Origin: Bacteroidales bacterium
GTDB taxonomy: Bacteria > Bacteroidota > Bacteroidia > Bacteroidales > B18-G4
Length of the DNA stretch: 43,173 nt
Reading direction: 5' to 3'
Assembly (NCBI GenBank): GCA_030606625.1
Contig: JAUWGC010000003.1
Location: 1-43,173, forward strand
How positions within the stretch are numbered: the stretch's first letter is position 1; every line of letters starts with the position of its first letter. This document shows positions 29,162 through 39,848 of this stretch, piece after piece. The notes under the pieces were generated by a model. That model searched no databases. It was not told the origin of the DNA and was given only the letters and a program-made list of their open reading frames with translations. The position numbers and the translations under genes were made by a program.

Positions 29162-29563
29162 ATGAGTCGAATTAAAAATTTATTTTTATTTATCATTCCT
29201 ATAGCCATGATAATAGTACATGGTTGTTCTAAGGATGGTGAGAAATCGGTACCCATTAAATGTGAGTTGAACACATGTTGTGAGGAGCATGTAAATTCCT
29301 CAATAAATGTGGAATATACCCTGGAAGGTATAGGTGACATCAACCTTACTGAATTCTATTATGTTGATGCGAATGGGGAACAGATAGTTTCTAATCCTGA
29401 ATATCCTTATACCATAATTACCACACTTTCCAACGCAAATGACATTAAGATCATGGCGAAGGGTATTGTCAGAAATGGAGAGATCAGAATAAGCTATTAT
29501 GCTGAAGATAATGGCATCAAGTATGAAGGCACCGATTTTTGTGCTAAGTATCTGGAGGATTAG
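29162..29563 (+). CDS. Hypothetical lipoprotein
   Basis: Signal ...IIVHG-C-SKDGEK; beta-rich 133-aa ORF. Confidence 0.65.
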   Translation: MSRIKNLFLFIIPIAMIIVHGCSKDGEKSVPIKCELNTCCEEHVNSSINVEYTLEGIGDINLTEFYYVDANGEQIVSNPEYPYTIITTLSNANDIKIMAKGIVRNGEIRISYYAEDNGIKYEGTDFCAKYLED

Positions 29564-29614
29564 AAATTATTCCTTATAGGAATACCTGTTATACCAAATA
29601 TTCTATCAACAAAT

Positions 29615-31003
29615 TCATTCTTCAGGTGCAAACATAGGATCCCAGGGTGGCAGCATGATGGGTTCCTTTTCTAGTATTTTCAGGGTTTTACTATCGATAT
29701 ATATTTTATTGATCACCAGACGGAACATGTATTCGTCAAACCATTTATCTGTCATTATCAAAAACCCTTCATGTCCTTTTTTCCCCCAACTGTTTTCCAG
29801 CAACCATTTGTCTGCATTCCCATCTTCCGGCACGTTTACACCAACCAGGCTCATCCCATGAGATGAACCACTATCGAAAGTTTTTATCCTTTGTTCCTTG
29901 TTCATGCCAAACTGTACTCCAAACAGGTCATCATAGTCAAAATTATTGATATCCAGTGTTCCTTTATCTTTGTTCAGTTGCTTTCCCACATCACATGAAA
30001 AATACATGGGGGCATTATCTTTTATCGAAGCTATTGCAAACTGTTTGATCTCATCAACAGGCAAATTTATGTACTTCCAGTTTCCTCCTTCATGCATGTG
30101 GCGGTCATATTCAATCTCGTATAGGTTGTAATAAGGCCTGGTAGGATCATTCATAAACATTACGTAATCCTTTAAATCTATGCCGATAACTTTTTCATAG
30201 AAGGATTTGGGTGTGTATTTTGTGGGCTTGCTTATGTTCCCGTCTTTATCCTCATATTGCCACACAAATTCAGTAGGTGGTTCACCAAGGCAAAGTACAA
30301 GGATCCTGTAAAAATCGGTGAGCATTTTGATTTTGTGTTTTTCCAGATTAAGGTCATCAACATTATTGTGAACCATTTCCCTTAAGGTTAATCCATCTTC
30401 CCTAAGTTTCCTTCTCAGTAATCTTGACATCAGGCTTGTATTTTCACTGTTCTGACATTCAGGCATTACCGTATTGGGTACAGCACCATATTTGTCAACA
30501 ATATTTACAACCCCGGTCCACTGGCCACCATCATTGATAGGGTGCTTGAACAACCATTCCACGATCCTGTTTTCCATCGGTTTATTTGCTGTGGCGATAA
30601 TGGCTTCAAAGAAAAGATTGGCTTTTTCGAATTGATCCCAGAAAAACGAATAATTATGGGAGAACTGGAAATCCTTGAGCTGATATTTTTCTATGATTAC
30701 GGGACGAAGAACATTTAAACCTGTAAAAAGCCAGCAACGGCCGGATGATTTTTGATCCGTTATTCCTTTGATCTCAACTTTATTAGAAAAATAGGGTGAG
30801 AGTTTACCCAGGTTGTCCCTGTTTATGGCTAGCTTTTTAATGTCATTGTTGCTGATGGCATTCATTAAAGCCTTTGTTTCGCCATCAATCTTAACAGATT
30901 TTCTGATCTCTTCCAGGATATCCCCGGTTATTGTTCCTTTTTCCTGTCCGAGAATCATAAGGGCAAAACCCGACAGCATTATTGTCAACATAAATTTTTT
31001 CAT
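29615..31003 (-). CDS. pepC: C1B cysteine aminopeptidase (PepC/bleomycin hydrolase) with a signal peptide
   Basis: QKSSGRCWLF (catalytic Cys), DGGQW, SHGMSLVG (His), ENSWG (Asn). Confidence 0.9.
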   Translation of the reverse strand: MKKFMLTIMLSGFALMILGQEKGTITGDILEEIRKSVKIDGETKALMNAISNNDIKKLAINRDNLGKLSPYFSNKVEIKGITDQKSSGRCWLFTGLNVLRPVIIEKYQLKDFQFSHNYSFFWDQFEKANLFFEAIIATANKPMENRIVEWLFKHPINDGGQWTGVVNIVDKYGAVPNTVMPECQNSENTSLMSRLLRRKLREDGLTLREMVHNNVDDLNLEKHKIKMLTDFYRILVLCLGEPPTEFVWQYEDKDGNISKPTKYTPKSFYEKVIGIDLKDYVMFMNDPTRPYYNLYEIEYDRHMHEGGNWKYINLPVDEIKQFAIASIKDNAPMYFSCDVGKQLNKDKGTLDINNFDYDDLFGVQFGMNKEQRIKTFDSGSSHGMSLVGVNVPEDGNADKWLLENSWGKKGHEGFLIMTDKWFDEYMFRLVINKIYIDSKTLKILEKEPIMLPPWDPMFAPEE

Positions 31004-31126
31004 TGTTTTTTTTTAAATAAAATAATTGTTTAATAAAAATTATGCATGCTAAAAGTATAAAAAATAGAATTATGGAATATGCATATAATAAGCCTTTTTA
31101 TTTGAAATCGTTTTAAACAATTGTGG

Positions 31127-31134
31127 TATATTTG
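31127..31134 (+). promoter_or_regulatory. -7 promoter element for lpdA
   Basis: TATATTTG, with TTTG at 31101-31104. Confidence 0.6.
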
Positions 31135-31191
31135 TGCTTTGCAGGTTGCAGGTTGTAAAACTCTCATAACATATTATCAATATCAAAAAGA

Positions 31192-32589
31192 ATGATTATG
31201 AACTATGATGTGATTGTCCTTGGCAGTGGGCCGGGCGGTTACGTTGCTGCCATAAGGGCAAGTCAGCTTGGAAAAAAAACAGCTGTTGTTGAGAAAGCAG
31301 AGCTAGGCGGTGTTTGTTTGAACTGGGGATGCATCCCGACAAAAGCATTGTTGAAAAGTGCACAGGTGTTTAATTATGCATCTCATGCTGTTGATTATGG
31401 GGTAAAGATCGATGGTGAGGTAGTGCCGGATTTTAAAAGGATGGTCGAACGCAGCCGCGAAGTGGCAAATGGAATGAGCAAGGGAATACAGTATTTATTT
31501 AAGAAAAATAAGATCGATCATATTCAAGGGTTTGGCAGGATAAAACCGGGAAAGAAAATTGAAGTGACCGGAAATAATGGAGAAACGAAGGAATACACAG
31601 CGAATCATATCATTATTGCAACAGGTGCCCGTTCAAAGGAGTTACCAAACATGAAAAAGGATGGTAAAAAGATCATTGGATACCATGAGGCCCTGGTATT
31701 ATCCTCCCTGCCCAAGTCAATGGTCGTTGTGGGCTCAGGAGCTATAGGGTCGGAATTTGCCTATTTCTATAATACAATAGGTACACAGGTTACATTGATT
31801 GAACTCTTGCCAAATATTGTCCCGCTGGAAGATGAAGAAATATCAAAACAACTTGGACGGTCGTTTAAAAAGGCAGGGATGAAAGTCCTTACAAATACAA
31901 TTGTAGAATCTGTTGATACAACAGGTAAGGGATGTAAGGTCAGGGTGAAGTCAAAAAAAGGCGAAGAAATTATCGAGGCTGATATCGTGCTGTCAGCAGT
32001 TGGCATTGCAGCCAACCTGGATGGCATCGGCCTGGAAGATGTTGGTATAACATTAGAAAATGATAAAATAAAGGTTGATGAATATTACAGAACGAGCATA
32101 CCTGGGTATTTTGCTATCGGAGATGTAGTGCATGGCCCTGCACTTGCACATGTTGCTTCATATGAGGGGATAACCTGTGTTGAAAAGATTGCAGGTTTAA
32201 ACCCTGAACCAGTTGATTATAACAATGTTCCTGCCTGTACATATACTTATCCTGAAATAGCTTCTGTGGGTAAAACTGAAAAGCAAGCTATAGAGGCAGG
32301 ATATGATATTAAAATTGGTAAGTTTCCCTATATGGCTTCAGGGAAAGCCAGTGCAGCAGGTTGCAGGGACGGATTTGTAAAAGTAATATTTGAAACAAAG
32401 TACGGAGAATTGCTTGGATGTCACATGATTGGTGATAATGTCACCGAAATGATCGCGGAAGTAATAGTTGCAAGAAAACTTAATATCACAGGTGAAGAAA
32501 TTATCAAATCGATGCACCCTCATCCAACTATGTCAGAGGCTTTAATGGAGGCTGTCGCTGCAGCATATGGTGAAGCCATTCATTTGTGA
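31192..32589 (+). CDS. lpdA: Dihydrolipoyl dehydrogenase
   Basis: GSGPGGYVAAIR, GGVCLNWGCIPTK, GSGAIGSE, HPHPTMSE. Confidence 0.96.
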   Translation: MIMNYDVIVLGSGPGGYVAAIRASQLGKKTAVVEKAELGGVCLNWGCIPTKALLKSAQVFNYASHAVDYGVKIDGEVVPDFKRMVERSREVANGMSKGIQYLFKKNKIDHIQGFGRIKPGKKIEVTGNNGETKEYTANHIIIATGARSKELPNMKKDGKKIIGYHEALVLSSLPKSMVVVGSGAIGSEFAYFYNTIGTQVTLIELLPNIVPLEDEEISKQLGRSFKKAGMKVLTNTIVESVDTTGKGCKVRVKSKKGEEIIEADIVLSAVGIAANLDGIGLEDVGITLENDKIKVDEYYRTSIPGYFAIGDVVHGPALAHVASYEGITCVEKIAGLNPEPVDYNNVPACTYTYPEIASVGKTEKQAIEAGYDIKIGKFPYMASGKASAAGCRDGFVKVIFETKYGELLGCHMIGDNVTEMIAEVIVARKLNITGEEIIKSMHPHPTMSEALMEAVAAAYGEAIHL

Positions 32590-32626
32590 AATTAATATGT
32601 AACACTCCGGAACACACTTAAAATAA

Positions 32627-32729
32627 TGTAACTAATCATTTATAAATTTCAAGTGCCTAAAGTACTCCAGGCACTCTAAGTACTCGAAGTACTTTAGTCA
32701 CTTATGATTCATGACACTAATTAGTTACA
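32627..32729. mobile_element. 103-bp MITE-like element
   Basis: Perfect 10-bp terminal inverted repeat TGTAACTAAT / ATTAGTTACA; AAATAA duplicated at 32621-32626 and 32730-32735; six internal 9-mers at 32651-32704. Confidence 0.7.
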
Positions 32730-32747
32730 AAATAATAAAGTTTATAT

Positions 32748-33290
32748 ATGGAATTTTTAAAAACTGAAATTTCCGGGTTATTGATCATCAAACCCAAAGT
32801 ATTTGAAGATGAGAGGGGATATTTTTTCGAATCCTTCAGCAGGGAAGAATTTTTAAAGGGTGGGATAGATGTGATCTTTGATCAGGATAATGAATCAAGA
32901 TCTCAAAAAGATGTTTTGCGCGGGTTGCATTTCCAGAATCCTCCCTTTGAGCAGGCTAAACTGGTCCGGGTACTTAAAGGTGCTGCTCTTGATGTGGCAG
33001 TGGATATCAGGAAGGATTCCCCTACTTATGGAAAATGGAATTCGATCATTCTGGATGAAGAAAACAAACTGATGTATTGGATCCCTCCCGGATTTGCTCA
33101 TGGATTTCTTGCACTTAAGGACGATACCATATTTACATATAAATGTACTAATTCGTATAATAAGGAATCAGAAGGAAGCATTCGCTGGAATGATCCCGAC
33201 CTGGATATCAATTGGGGTATATCTGCCCCCCTTTTATCCGGTAAAGATAAAAAGGCATCGTTTTTCAAGGATCTAAAAAGTGAATTTTAA
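32748..33290 (+). CDS. rfbC: dTDP-4-dehydrorhamnose 3,5-epimerase
   Basis: DERGYFFE, QDNES, LRGLHFQ, QAKLVR, DVAVDIR, GFAHGF, YKC, WNDP, SGKD. Confidence 0.96.
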   Translation: MEFLKTEISGLLIIKPKVFEDERGYFFESFSREEFLKGGIDVIFDQDNESRSQKDVLRGLHFQNPPFEQAKLVRVLKGAALDVAVDIRKDSPTYGKWNSIILDEENKLMYWIPPGFAHGFLALKDDTIFTYKCTNSYNKESEGSIRWNDPDLDINWGISAPLLSGKDKKASFFKDLKSEF

Positions 33291-33390
33291 CTTCTCTACT
33301 GTCTACTGTCGACTTTTAATCGCTTTGCACAGAATAATCACTATTTTATAAACAAACACAAATTAGAATTAATTACAAGATATTTGGATA

Positions 33391-36246
33391 ATGGGCAAGT
33401 TGATTGAGCAAGGAACGAATGGAAGAGATCTTGAGATCTATGGGACGCGTGTCCATAATTTGCAGGATATCGATCTGGTCATTCCTCGCTATAAACTTGT
33501 AGTATTCACAGGGATAAGCGGAAGTGGGAAGTCTTCTCTTGCTTTTGATACAATTTATGCTGAAGGACAAAGGCGTTACATGGAGACATTTTCGGCATAC
33601 GCACGCCAGTTCATCGGCAATTTTGAGAGGCCTGATGTGGATAAGATCACTGGTCTCAGCCCGGTTGTATCTATTGAACAAAAATCGGCAAATAAAAATC
33701 CCCGGTCGACTGTTGGTACCATCACAGAGGTTTATGATTTTCTCCGGCTTTTATTTGCCCGGATTGCTGATGCATATAGTTATGTTACGGATGAGAAAAT
33801 GGTTCGCTATTCTGAAGAGCAGATCATAAAACTAATCAGTCAACAATATCAGGGGAAACATATTATTTTTCTGGCACCATTGGTAAAAGGGAGAAAAGGG
33901 CATTACAGGGAGCTGCTTGAGAGCGTGAGAAAGCAAGGCTATTCGAAGGTCAGGGTAGATGGCGTTATGCATGGGCTGGAGTTTGGAATGCAGCTTGACA
34001 GATACAAGACCCATGATATTGAAATGGTTATTGACAGGATTACGGTATCTTCACCGCAAAGCAGCATGCAAAGGATAACCCGTGCTGTTCAGACAGCTTT
34101 AAGTCAAGGTAAGAATATGCTGATGGTCCTGGATGAATCCGATGGTAAGGTGCGTCATTTCAGCCGCCTGCTGATGTGTCCTGCTTCAGGCATTTCCTAT
34201 GATGAACCTGAACCTAATACATTTTCATTTAATTCACCTTACGGAGCCTGCCATAAATGCAATGGCCTTGGTAAAATATCTGAAATAGATATTAAAAAGA
34301 TCATACCCTACAAGTATAAGACCATTAGAAAAGGAGGTATTTCACCTCTTGGAGAGTATAAGAACAACTGGATATTCAACCAGATTGAAGCCATAGGCCA
34401 TAAGTATGGGTTTGACCTTGATACACCCGTTGAAAATATTCCTGATAAAGCCATCAGTACCATTCTTTACGGTTCAAATGAAACGTTCCATGTCAAAAAG
34501 GAATATCTTGGAGTAACTTCAACATATTCCCTGGATTTTGAAGGTGTCATTAATTTCATTACCAATCAATATAAGGATTATAGATCTCAAAGCATCAGGA
34601 AATGGGCTGCCAGCTTTATGAACCGTATAGATTGCCCTGATTGCAATGGTACCAGGCTTAAAAAGGAATCATTGTATTTTAAAATTGATGGTAAAAATAT
34701 TGCTGAACTGGCTAACCTTGACATGCTGGAGCTGAAGAACTGGGTGGAAGAGTTACCTCAAACGCTTGATGAAAGAAAACTGACCATAGCACAGGAAGTT
34801 ATCAGAGAGATCAGAAAGAGAATACAGTTTTTGCTGGATGTTGGCCTGGACTACCTTTCACTGAATCGTTCTGCCAGGAGCCTTTCGGCAGGAGAGTCTC
34901 AACGAATACGGCTGGCAACACAAATCGGGTCTCAGCTGGTTGATGTACTTTATATTCTTGATGAGCCCAGCATCGGATTGCATCAGCGTGACAACCTCCG
35001 GCTGATCAGAGCATTAAAAGATCTGAGGGACCTTGGTAATTCTGTTATCGTGGTTGAACATGACAGGGAAATGATTGAATCGGCTGATAATATTGTGGAT
35101 ATTGGCCCGGGAGCAGGAAGACATGGGGGTAAAATTGTGGCTCAGGGCTCACCTGCTGACATGAAAAACTTCAATACCCTCACCTGTGAATACCTCTCCA
35201 GGAAAAAAGAAATTAAGGTTCCTTCAATAAGGAGGGAAGGGAATGGTAAGCACCTGAGATTATTTGAAGCCAGTGGAAATAATCTGAAGTTCGTAAATCT
35301 GGATCTGCCTCTTGGTACTTTTATTTGTGTTACCGGTGTATCCGGAAGTGGTAAATCCTCATTGATCAACGAAACACTTTATCCGATACTGAGTAACAAG
35401 TTCTATCGTTCCGGTTTGAAACCACTTTCGTTTGTGTCTGTTGATGGTCTTGAACATATTGATAAAGTAATAGAGATTGATCAGTCTCCGATAGGCCGGA
35501 CACCGAGATCCAACCCTGCAACCTATACCAAGGCCTTTGATGAAATACGGAAGCTTTTTCAGCAACTGCCGGAATCAAAAATACGTGGTTATAAGCCCGG
35601 GAGGTTTTCTTTCAATGTTAAAGGCGGCCGTTGTGAAACATGTAAGGGTGCAGGTGTGCGGACAATCGAAATGAACTTTCTACCCGATGTTTACGTCATC
35701 TGTGAAATATGTAATGGTAAAAGGTATAACCGTGAAACACTGGAAATCCGGTACAAGGGTAAATCAATTAATGATGTATTGAACATGACTATCAACCAGG
35801 CGGTTGAATTCTTTTCCAATATTCCTTCCATATTGCAAAAGATAAAAACATTGCAGGAGGTGGGACTGGGTTATATTACTTTGGGACAACAATCAACAAC
35901 ACTGTCCGGAGGTGAGGCACAACGTGTTAAATTGGCGGCGGAGCTATCTAAAAAAGATACCGGCAATACCCTGTATATTTTTGATGAGCCTACCACTGGT
36001 TTGCATTTTGAAGATGTCAAGGTATTACTGGATGTATTGAATCGTTTTGTTGACAAGGGGAATACGGTTCTTATCATTGAACATAACATGGATGTTATTA
36101 AATTTGCAGATCATATAATTGATCTTGGGCCTGAAGGTGGCGAAAGAGGAGGGCAGATCGTTGCGGAAGGGTCACCGGAAAAGATCATTAATAATGAATT
36201 GAGTTATACTGCGAAATATCTGAAGCAAGCCTTGCGTTTAGTATAA
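33391..36246 (+). CDS. uvrA: Excinuclease ABC subunit A
   Basis: Two GxSGSGKSSL Walker A motifs, AEGQRRY, FSFNSPYGAC, IGRTPRSNPATY, LSGGEAQRVKLA. Confidence 0.97.
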   Translation: MGKLIEQGTNGRDLEIYGTRVHNLQDIDLVIPRYKLVVFTGISGSGKSSLAFDTIYAEGQRRYMETFSAYARQFIGNFERPDVDKITGLSPVVSIEQKSANKNPRSTVGTITEVYDFLRLLFARIADAYSYVTDEKMVRYSEEQIIKLISQQYQGKHIIFLAPLVKGRKGHYRELLESVRKQGYSKVRVDGVMHGLEFGMQLDRYKTHDIEMVIDRITVSSPQSSMQRITRAVQTALSQGKNMLMVLDESDGKVRHFSRLLMCPASGISYDEPEPNTFSFNSPYGACHKCNGLGKISEIDIKKIIPYKYKTIRKGGISPLGEYKNNWIFNQIEAIGHKYGFDLDTPVENIPDKAISTILYGSNETFHVKKEYLGVTSTYSLDFEGVINFITNQYKDYRSQSIRKWAASFMNRIDCPDCNGTRLKKESLYFKIDGKNIAELANLDMLELKNWVEELPQTLDERKLTIAQEVIREIRKRIQFLLDVGLDYLSLNRSARSLSAGESQRIRLATQIGSQLVDVLYILDEPSIGLHQRDNLRLIRALKDLRDLGNSVIVVEHDREMIESADNIVDIGPGAGRHGGKIVAQGSPADMKNFNTLTCEYLSRKKEIKVPSIRREGNGKHLRLFEASGNNLKFVNLDLPLGTFICVTGVSGSGKSSLINETLYPILSNKFYRSGLKPLSFVSVDGLEHIDKVIEIDQSPIGRTPRSNPATYTKAFDEIRKLFQQLPESKIRGYKPGRFSFNVKGGRCETCKGAGVRTIEMNFLPDVYVICEICNGKRYNRETLEIRYKGKSINDVLNMTINQAVEFFSNIPSILQKIKTLQEVGLGYITLGQQSTTLSGGEAQRVKLAAELSKKDTGNTLYIFDEPTTGLHFEDVKVLLDVLNRFVDKGNTVLIIEHNMDVIKFADHIIDLGPEGGERGGQIVAEGSPEKIINNELSYTAKYLKQALRLV

Positions 36247-36271
36247 ATACCTATTTATAAAATTGTTTTAT

Positions 36272-36982
36272 ATGAGTATTAAAGAAGATGATAAGATAAG
36301 AAAAGCGTTTAAAGTAAAAAACTGGAATGAGATCAAAACATATGATTCATGGCAGATATTCAAAGTACTGTCGGAATTTGTTGAAGGTTTTGAAAAGCTT
36401 GGAAGGATCGGGCCATGTGTTTCTGTATTTGGCTCTGCCAGGGCCAAACTAAATGACAAGCATTATAAGCTTGCAGAAGAAATTGCATACCTGCTCGCCA
36501 AAAAGGGCTTTGGGATCATCACTGGCGGAGGCTCCGGCATCATGGAAGCAGCAAATAAAGGAGCCCACTTTTCAGGCGGCAAATCTGTAGGCTTGAATAT
36601 TAACCTTCCTTTTGAACAAGTTGCCAATAGCTTCATAGATCCTGATAAACTGATTGATTTTGATCATTTCTATGTCAGGAAAGTCATGTTTATGAAATAT
36701 TCACAAGGGTATATAGTGTTACCGGGAGGGTTTGGGACACTTGACGAACTTTTCGAAGCGATTACTTTAATCCAGACTGCCAAGCTGGTGCATTTACCTA
36801 TCGTTATGGTTGATAAAGAATACTGGGCAGGATTGATTGACTGGATCAAGAAAAAATTATTAATTGAGGAAAAGATCAGCATCGAGGATCTTGATATCAT
36901 TACAATAGTTGATAGCGCGGAAGAAGCTGTTACAGTAGTTGAGGAATTTTATAAAAAGTATGCATTGAAACCGAATTTTTAA
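36272..36982 (+). CDS. LOG-family (TIGR00730-type) nucleotide phosphoribohydrolase
   Basis: SVFGSAR, TGGGSGIMEAAN, FYVRK, PGGFGTLDELFE. Confidence 0.9.
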   Translation: MSIKEDDKIRKAFKVKNWNEIKTYDSWQIFKVLSEFVEGFEKLGRIGPCVSVFGSARAKLNDKHYKLAEEIAYLLAKKGFGIITGGGSGIMEAANKGAHFSGGKSVGLNINLPFEQVANSFIDPDKLIDFDHFYVRKVMFMKYSQGYIVLPGGFGTLDELFEAITLIQTAKLVHLPIVMVDKEYWAGLIDWIKKKLLIEEKISIEDLDIITIVDSAEEAVTVVEEFYKKYALKPNF

Positions 36983-36998
36983 AGAGTATAAAGTACAA

Positions 36999-37433
36999 TT
37001 GATCTATAAAATCCCCATAGAAATTATTCCTATTGAGAATGAAGGCTTTCATTTGATGATAAATGGCGTCATTAACGGACAAAAAGCCAATCTGCTGATC
37101 GATACAGGTGCATCACGGTCTGTTTTTGATATTGAGAAAATTAAAAAATATATTGGTGAGGATCAGATTTTGTTTGAAAAAAATGAAAAACTTTCAACAG
37201 GATTGGGAACAAATACCATGGAAAGCCAGTCAGTTATAATTAATGAATTAAAGCTTGGTGACCTGATTATCAGTAATTATCAGGCTGTGGTGCTTGAAAT
37301 GTCACATATCAACCAGTCCTATGCCAAATTGAACCTGCCGGGCATCGATGGTGTAATGGGAGGAGATCTGTTTTATCAATATAAAGTAGTTATTGATTAT
37401 AAAAGAAAATCCCTTAAATTATATAGCCTTTAA
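36999..37433 (+). CDS. Retropepsin-like (clan AA) aspartic protease
   Basis: LLIDTGASRS and IDGVMGGD motifs; TTG start. Confidence 0.8.
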   Translation: MIYKIPIEIIPIENEGFHLMINGVINGQKANLLIDTGASRSVFDIEKIKKYIGEDQILFEKNEKLSTGLGTNTMESQSVIINELKLGDLIISNYQAVVLEMSHINQSYAKLNLPGIDGVMGGDLFYQYKVVIDYKRKSLKLYSL

Positions 37434-37463
37434 CTGTTGACTGTCAACTGTCGACTGTCGACT
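37431..37463. repeat. Heptamer tandem repeat (YRACTGT), about 5 units
   Basis: TAACTGT TGACTGT CAACTGT CGACTGT CGACT; a related short array lies at 33296-33314. Confidence 0.85.
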
Positions 37464-37476
37464 TTTTAAAGTAGGC

Positions 37477-39753
37477 TCACCATTTAATAATTTTTCTGGT
37501 AATTTGTTCATTAATATCCGGACGGATGCTTATAAAATACACACCATTGGAAAAATGGCTTATATCGATATTTATTGGTGATTCATTAAAAAAAACATCT
37601 TTCCATATTTTTTGACCCATGGGATCGTAAATACAGATATGAACAGGGTAAGAAACAATCTCAGTAGGTAAAACGACTGATATAAAATCATGTGAGGGAT
37701 TAGGGTAGATGCGGACGTTTTGCTCATCCCAAAAATTGATGTCCTGGATTCCGGCATTTACCGGAGGTTTATTAATGTCCGGAAAATAATTGATACCCCC
37801 TGAAAAATTACCAAAAAGCAGGTCCATGTAACCATTGTTGTTCAAATCCTTTATGGCTGCACCAGTCCTGAATCCGGCAGGTAAAATAAAGGAAGTCTGG
37901 GAAACCAGAAGAAACAGGGAATCTGATTCGGTAAAAGCGCCATTTAAGTTACCTTCTATATCCTTAAAGTAAAATATTTTTCCTTGTTCTGAACCCACTA
38001 GCAATTCAAGTTCATCCTGAGGATTTCTGAAAAACCAGGGTGTGCTGTATCCGTCGTATGAAACATTATAGTCGGTCACGTTCACTTTTCCAAGGCTGTC
38101 GGTGACAAGATTAAAAACAGGTTGCTGGATACTTCCGCTGTTATGGAAATAGTTAAGGTTGCCTCCCCGCTCACCGATCACAAGGTCAGGAAGATCGTCC
38201 TGATCCAGGTCAACCAGAAAAGGGGTGCTGAATTTTCCGACATCTATCCCCTGGTAATTTGTGTCTTCCAGTTGAAAATCATCGGGATTGCTGATGCAGG
38301 AACAGTTCCTGTAAAATAAAATGGTTCCGTCATCGATACCTATCAGCATATCCAGATCATCATCTCCATCCAGATCGCCGAAAGTTGGAAAAGCCCCTGT
38401 GACTCCCAGATCTGATACATAGGCAAAATCATCTGAAATAAATTCAAATTCCGGATTTTTGGCTGTTCCCGTATTATGAAAATAAGCAATTTTAGAGGTG
38501 TATACTGAATACAATATCATCCAATGGTCATAAAATGAAGAGTCGTAATAACCATAATTACCGATAAAAAGATCGGTAAGTCCATCCTGGTCATAATCAA
38601 CCAGAACAGGAAAGGCTCCTGAACCTACATCTATCATGTCTCCCTGAAGAAATCTGCTTGTTTGAAATTCAAACACAGGAAATTGGTTTTCGCCGGTGTT
38701 ACGGTATAACCAAACGCTTGAATGATTCTGTGTAACGTAAGGATTAGGATCGAAAGGTGAAACGATCATATCTTTTATCCCATCATTATTAATATCAAGA
38801 TATCTTGCCAGTGGCATGGAAAAAAGATCAATAGGCAGGGAATTGGATGGGAAATCCAGGTCATAGCTGATCATGTAAGCACTATCCGGTGTTCCGCCAT
38901 TGACAAGTTTGATCAGGTCCGGGTAATCCACATCTCCGAGTATAAGATCCTTGTCCTGGTCTGCATCCAGATCGATGACCAGAAACGTTGAGCCTGTATG
39001 CCTGTCTCTCAGATGATTTTCCCATTGCTGATGGGTTGGAACAGCCTTTGGGCCAAAGCAGGTATCCAGGTAAACAACATTTGACTCTTCATTTTCTGCA
39101 AAGTAACCCCAGCAATATTCGGTTCTTTCATAGTCCAGGGAATCTGCTGTCCCGTACTTCTCAATAGATTGGTTTTTATGCAGTTCAACAAAAGAGCCAA
39201 GAGCCCAGAAAGTAAGGATATCCAGGTCGCCGTCATTATCAAGGTCGGTGATGGCCGGATAATCGGCATAAGTGACCAGGATATTGACATAACCGCTGCC
39301 ATAAAAGGAAGTGAGATAAGGATAAACTACTAATTCGAATTTAAGGTCGGCCTGTGAGATATTCTTATATACGATAATACCCGGGTTGCTTTGATTATAG
39401 GTGAAGATATCGTTCTTTCCGTCCATATTATAATCTTCCAGCATTATCCAGTGATCAAATGCCGGAAAGGATTCAATATATGCCGGAGCATAGCTGTAAT
39501 CAACGGAGTTAGATGTGCCATTATTGATAAAAGGCATCAACCGGTTTCCCTGCCTGTCAAAAACCAGCAGGTCCATGATCCCGTCAAGATTCAGGTCTAT
39601 CTCATTGAACTGGCAGGAATTCATTCCACCTGCCCACGGGTATTTATAATAGTCTTTACCGGCTTTCTTCACCGGAATATTTTGAATAGCACTTTGTCCG
39701 GAGATGTAAAGTACAAGTAACAGAAATATGCTGAATAGCAAGATGTTTTTCAT
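37477..39753 (-). CDS. FG-GAP/VCBS-repeat protein with a T9SS type A sorting domain
   Basis: Many DxDxDGxxD loops; C-terminal IYPNP...IDISHFSNGVYFI...KIIK; signal peptide. Confidence 0.88.
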   Translation of the reverse strand: MKNILLFSIFLLLVLYISGQSAIQNIPVKKAGKDYYKYPWAGGMNSCQFNEIDLNLDGIMDLLVFDRQGNRLMPFINNGTSNSVDYSYAPAYIESFPAFDHWIMLEDYNMDGKNDIFTYNQSNPGIIVYKNISQADLKFELVVYPYLTSFYGSGYVNILVTYADYPAITDLDNDGDLDILTFWALGSFVELHKNQSIEKYGTADSLDYERTEYCWGYFAENEESNVVYLDTCFGPKAVPTHQQWENHLRDRHTGSTFLVIDLDADQDKDLILGDVDYPDLIKLVNGGTPDSAYMISYDLDFPSNSLPIDLFSMPLARYLDINNDGIKDMIVSPFDPNPYVTQNHSSVWLYRNTGENQFPVFEFQTSRFLQGDMIDVGSGAFPVLVDYDQDGLTDLFIGNYGYYDSSFYDHWMILYSVYTSKIAYFHNTGTAKNPEFEFISDDFAYVSDLGVTGAFPTFGDLDGDDDLDMLIGIDDGTILFYRNCSCISNPDDFQLEDTNYQGIDVGKFSTPFLVDLDQDDLPDLVIGERGGNLNYFHNSGSIQQPVFNLVTDSLGKVNVTDYNVSYDGYSTPWFFRNPQDELELLVGSEQGKIFYFKDIEGNLNGAFTESDSLFLLVSQTSFILPAGFRTGAAIKDLNNNGYMDLLFGNFSGGINYFPDINKPPVNAGIQDINFWDEQNVRIYPNPSHDFISVVLPTEIVSYPVHICIYDPMGQKIWKDVFFNESPINIDISHFSNGVYFISIRPDINEQITRKIIKW

Positions 39754-39782
39754 TTGTTAATTTTTGATTATATACTTTACTT

Positions 39783-39824
39783 CAAAATTAGTTAATTAAT
39801 ATCAGAAAAACTAAATTATCTTTG
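39783..39824. promoter_or_regulatory. Divergent -7 promoter elements
   Basis: Minus strand TAATTTTG at 39783-39790; plus strand TATCTTTG at 39817-39824. Confidence 0.65.
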
Positions 39825-39848
39825 ATGTAAATTATAATAAATCATTCT

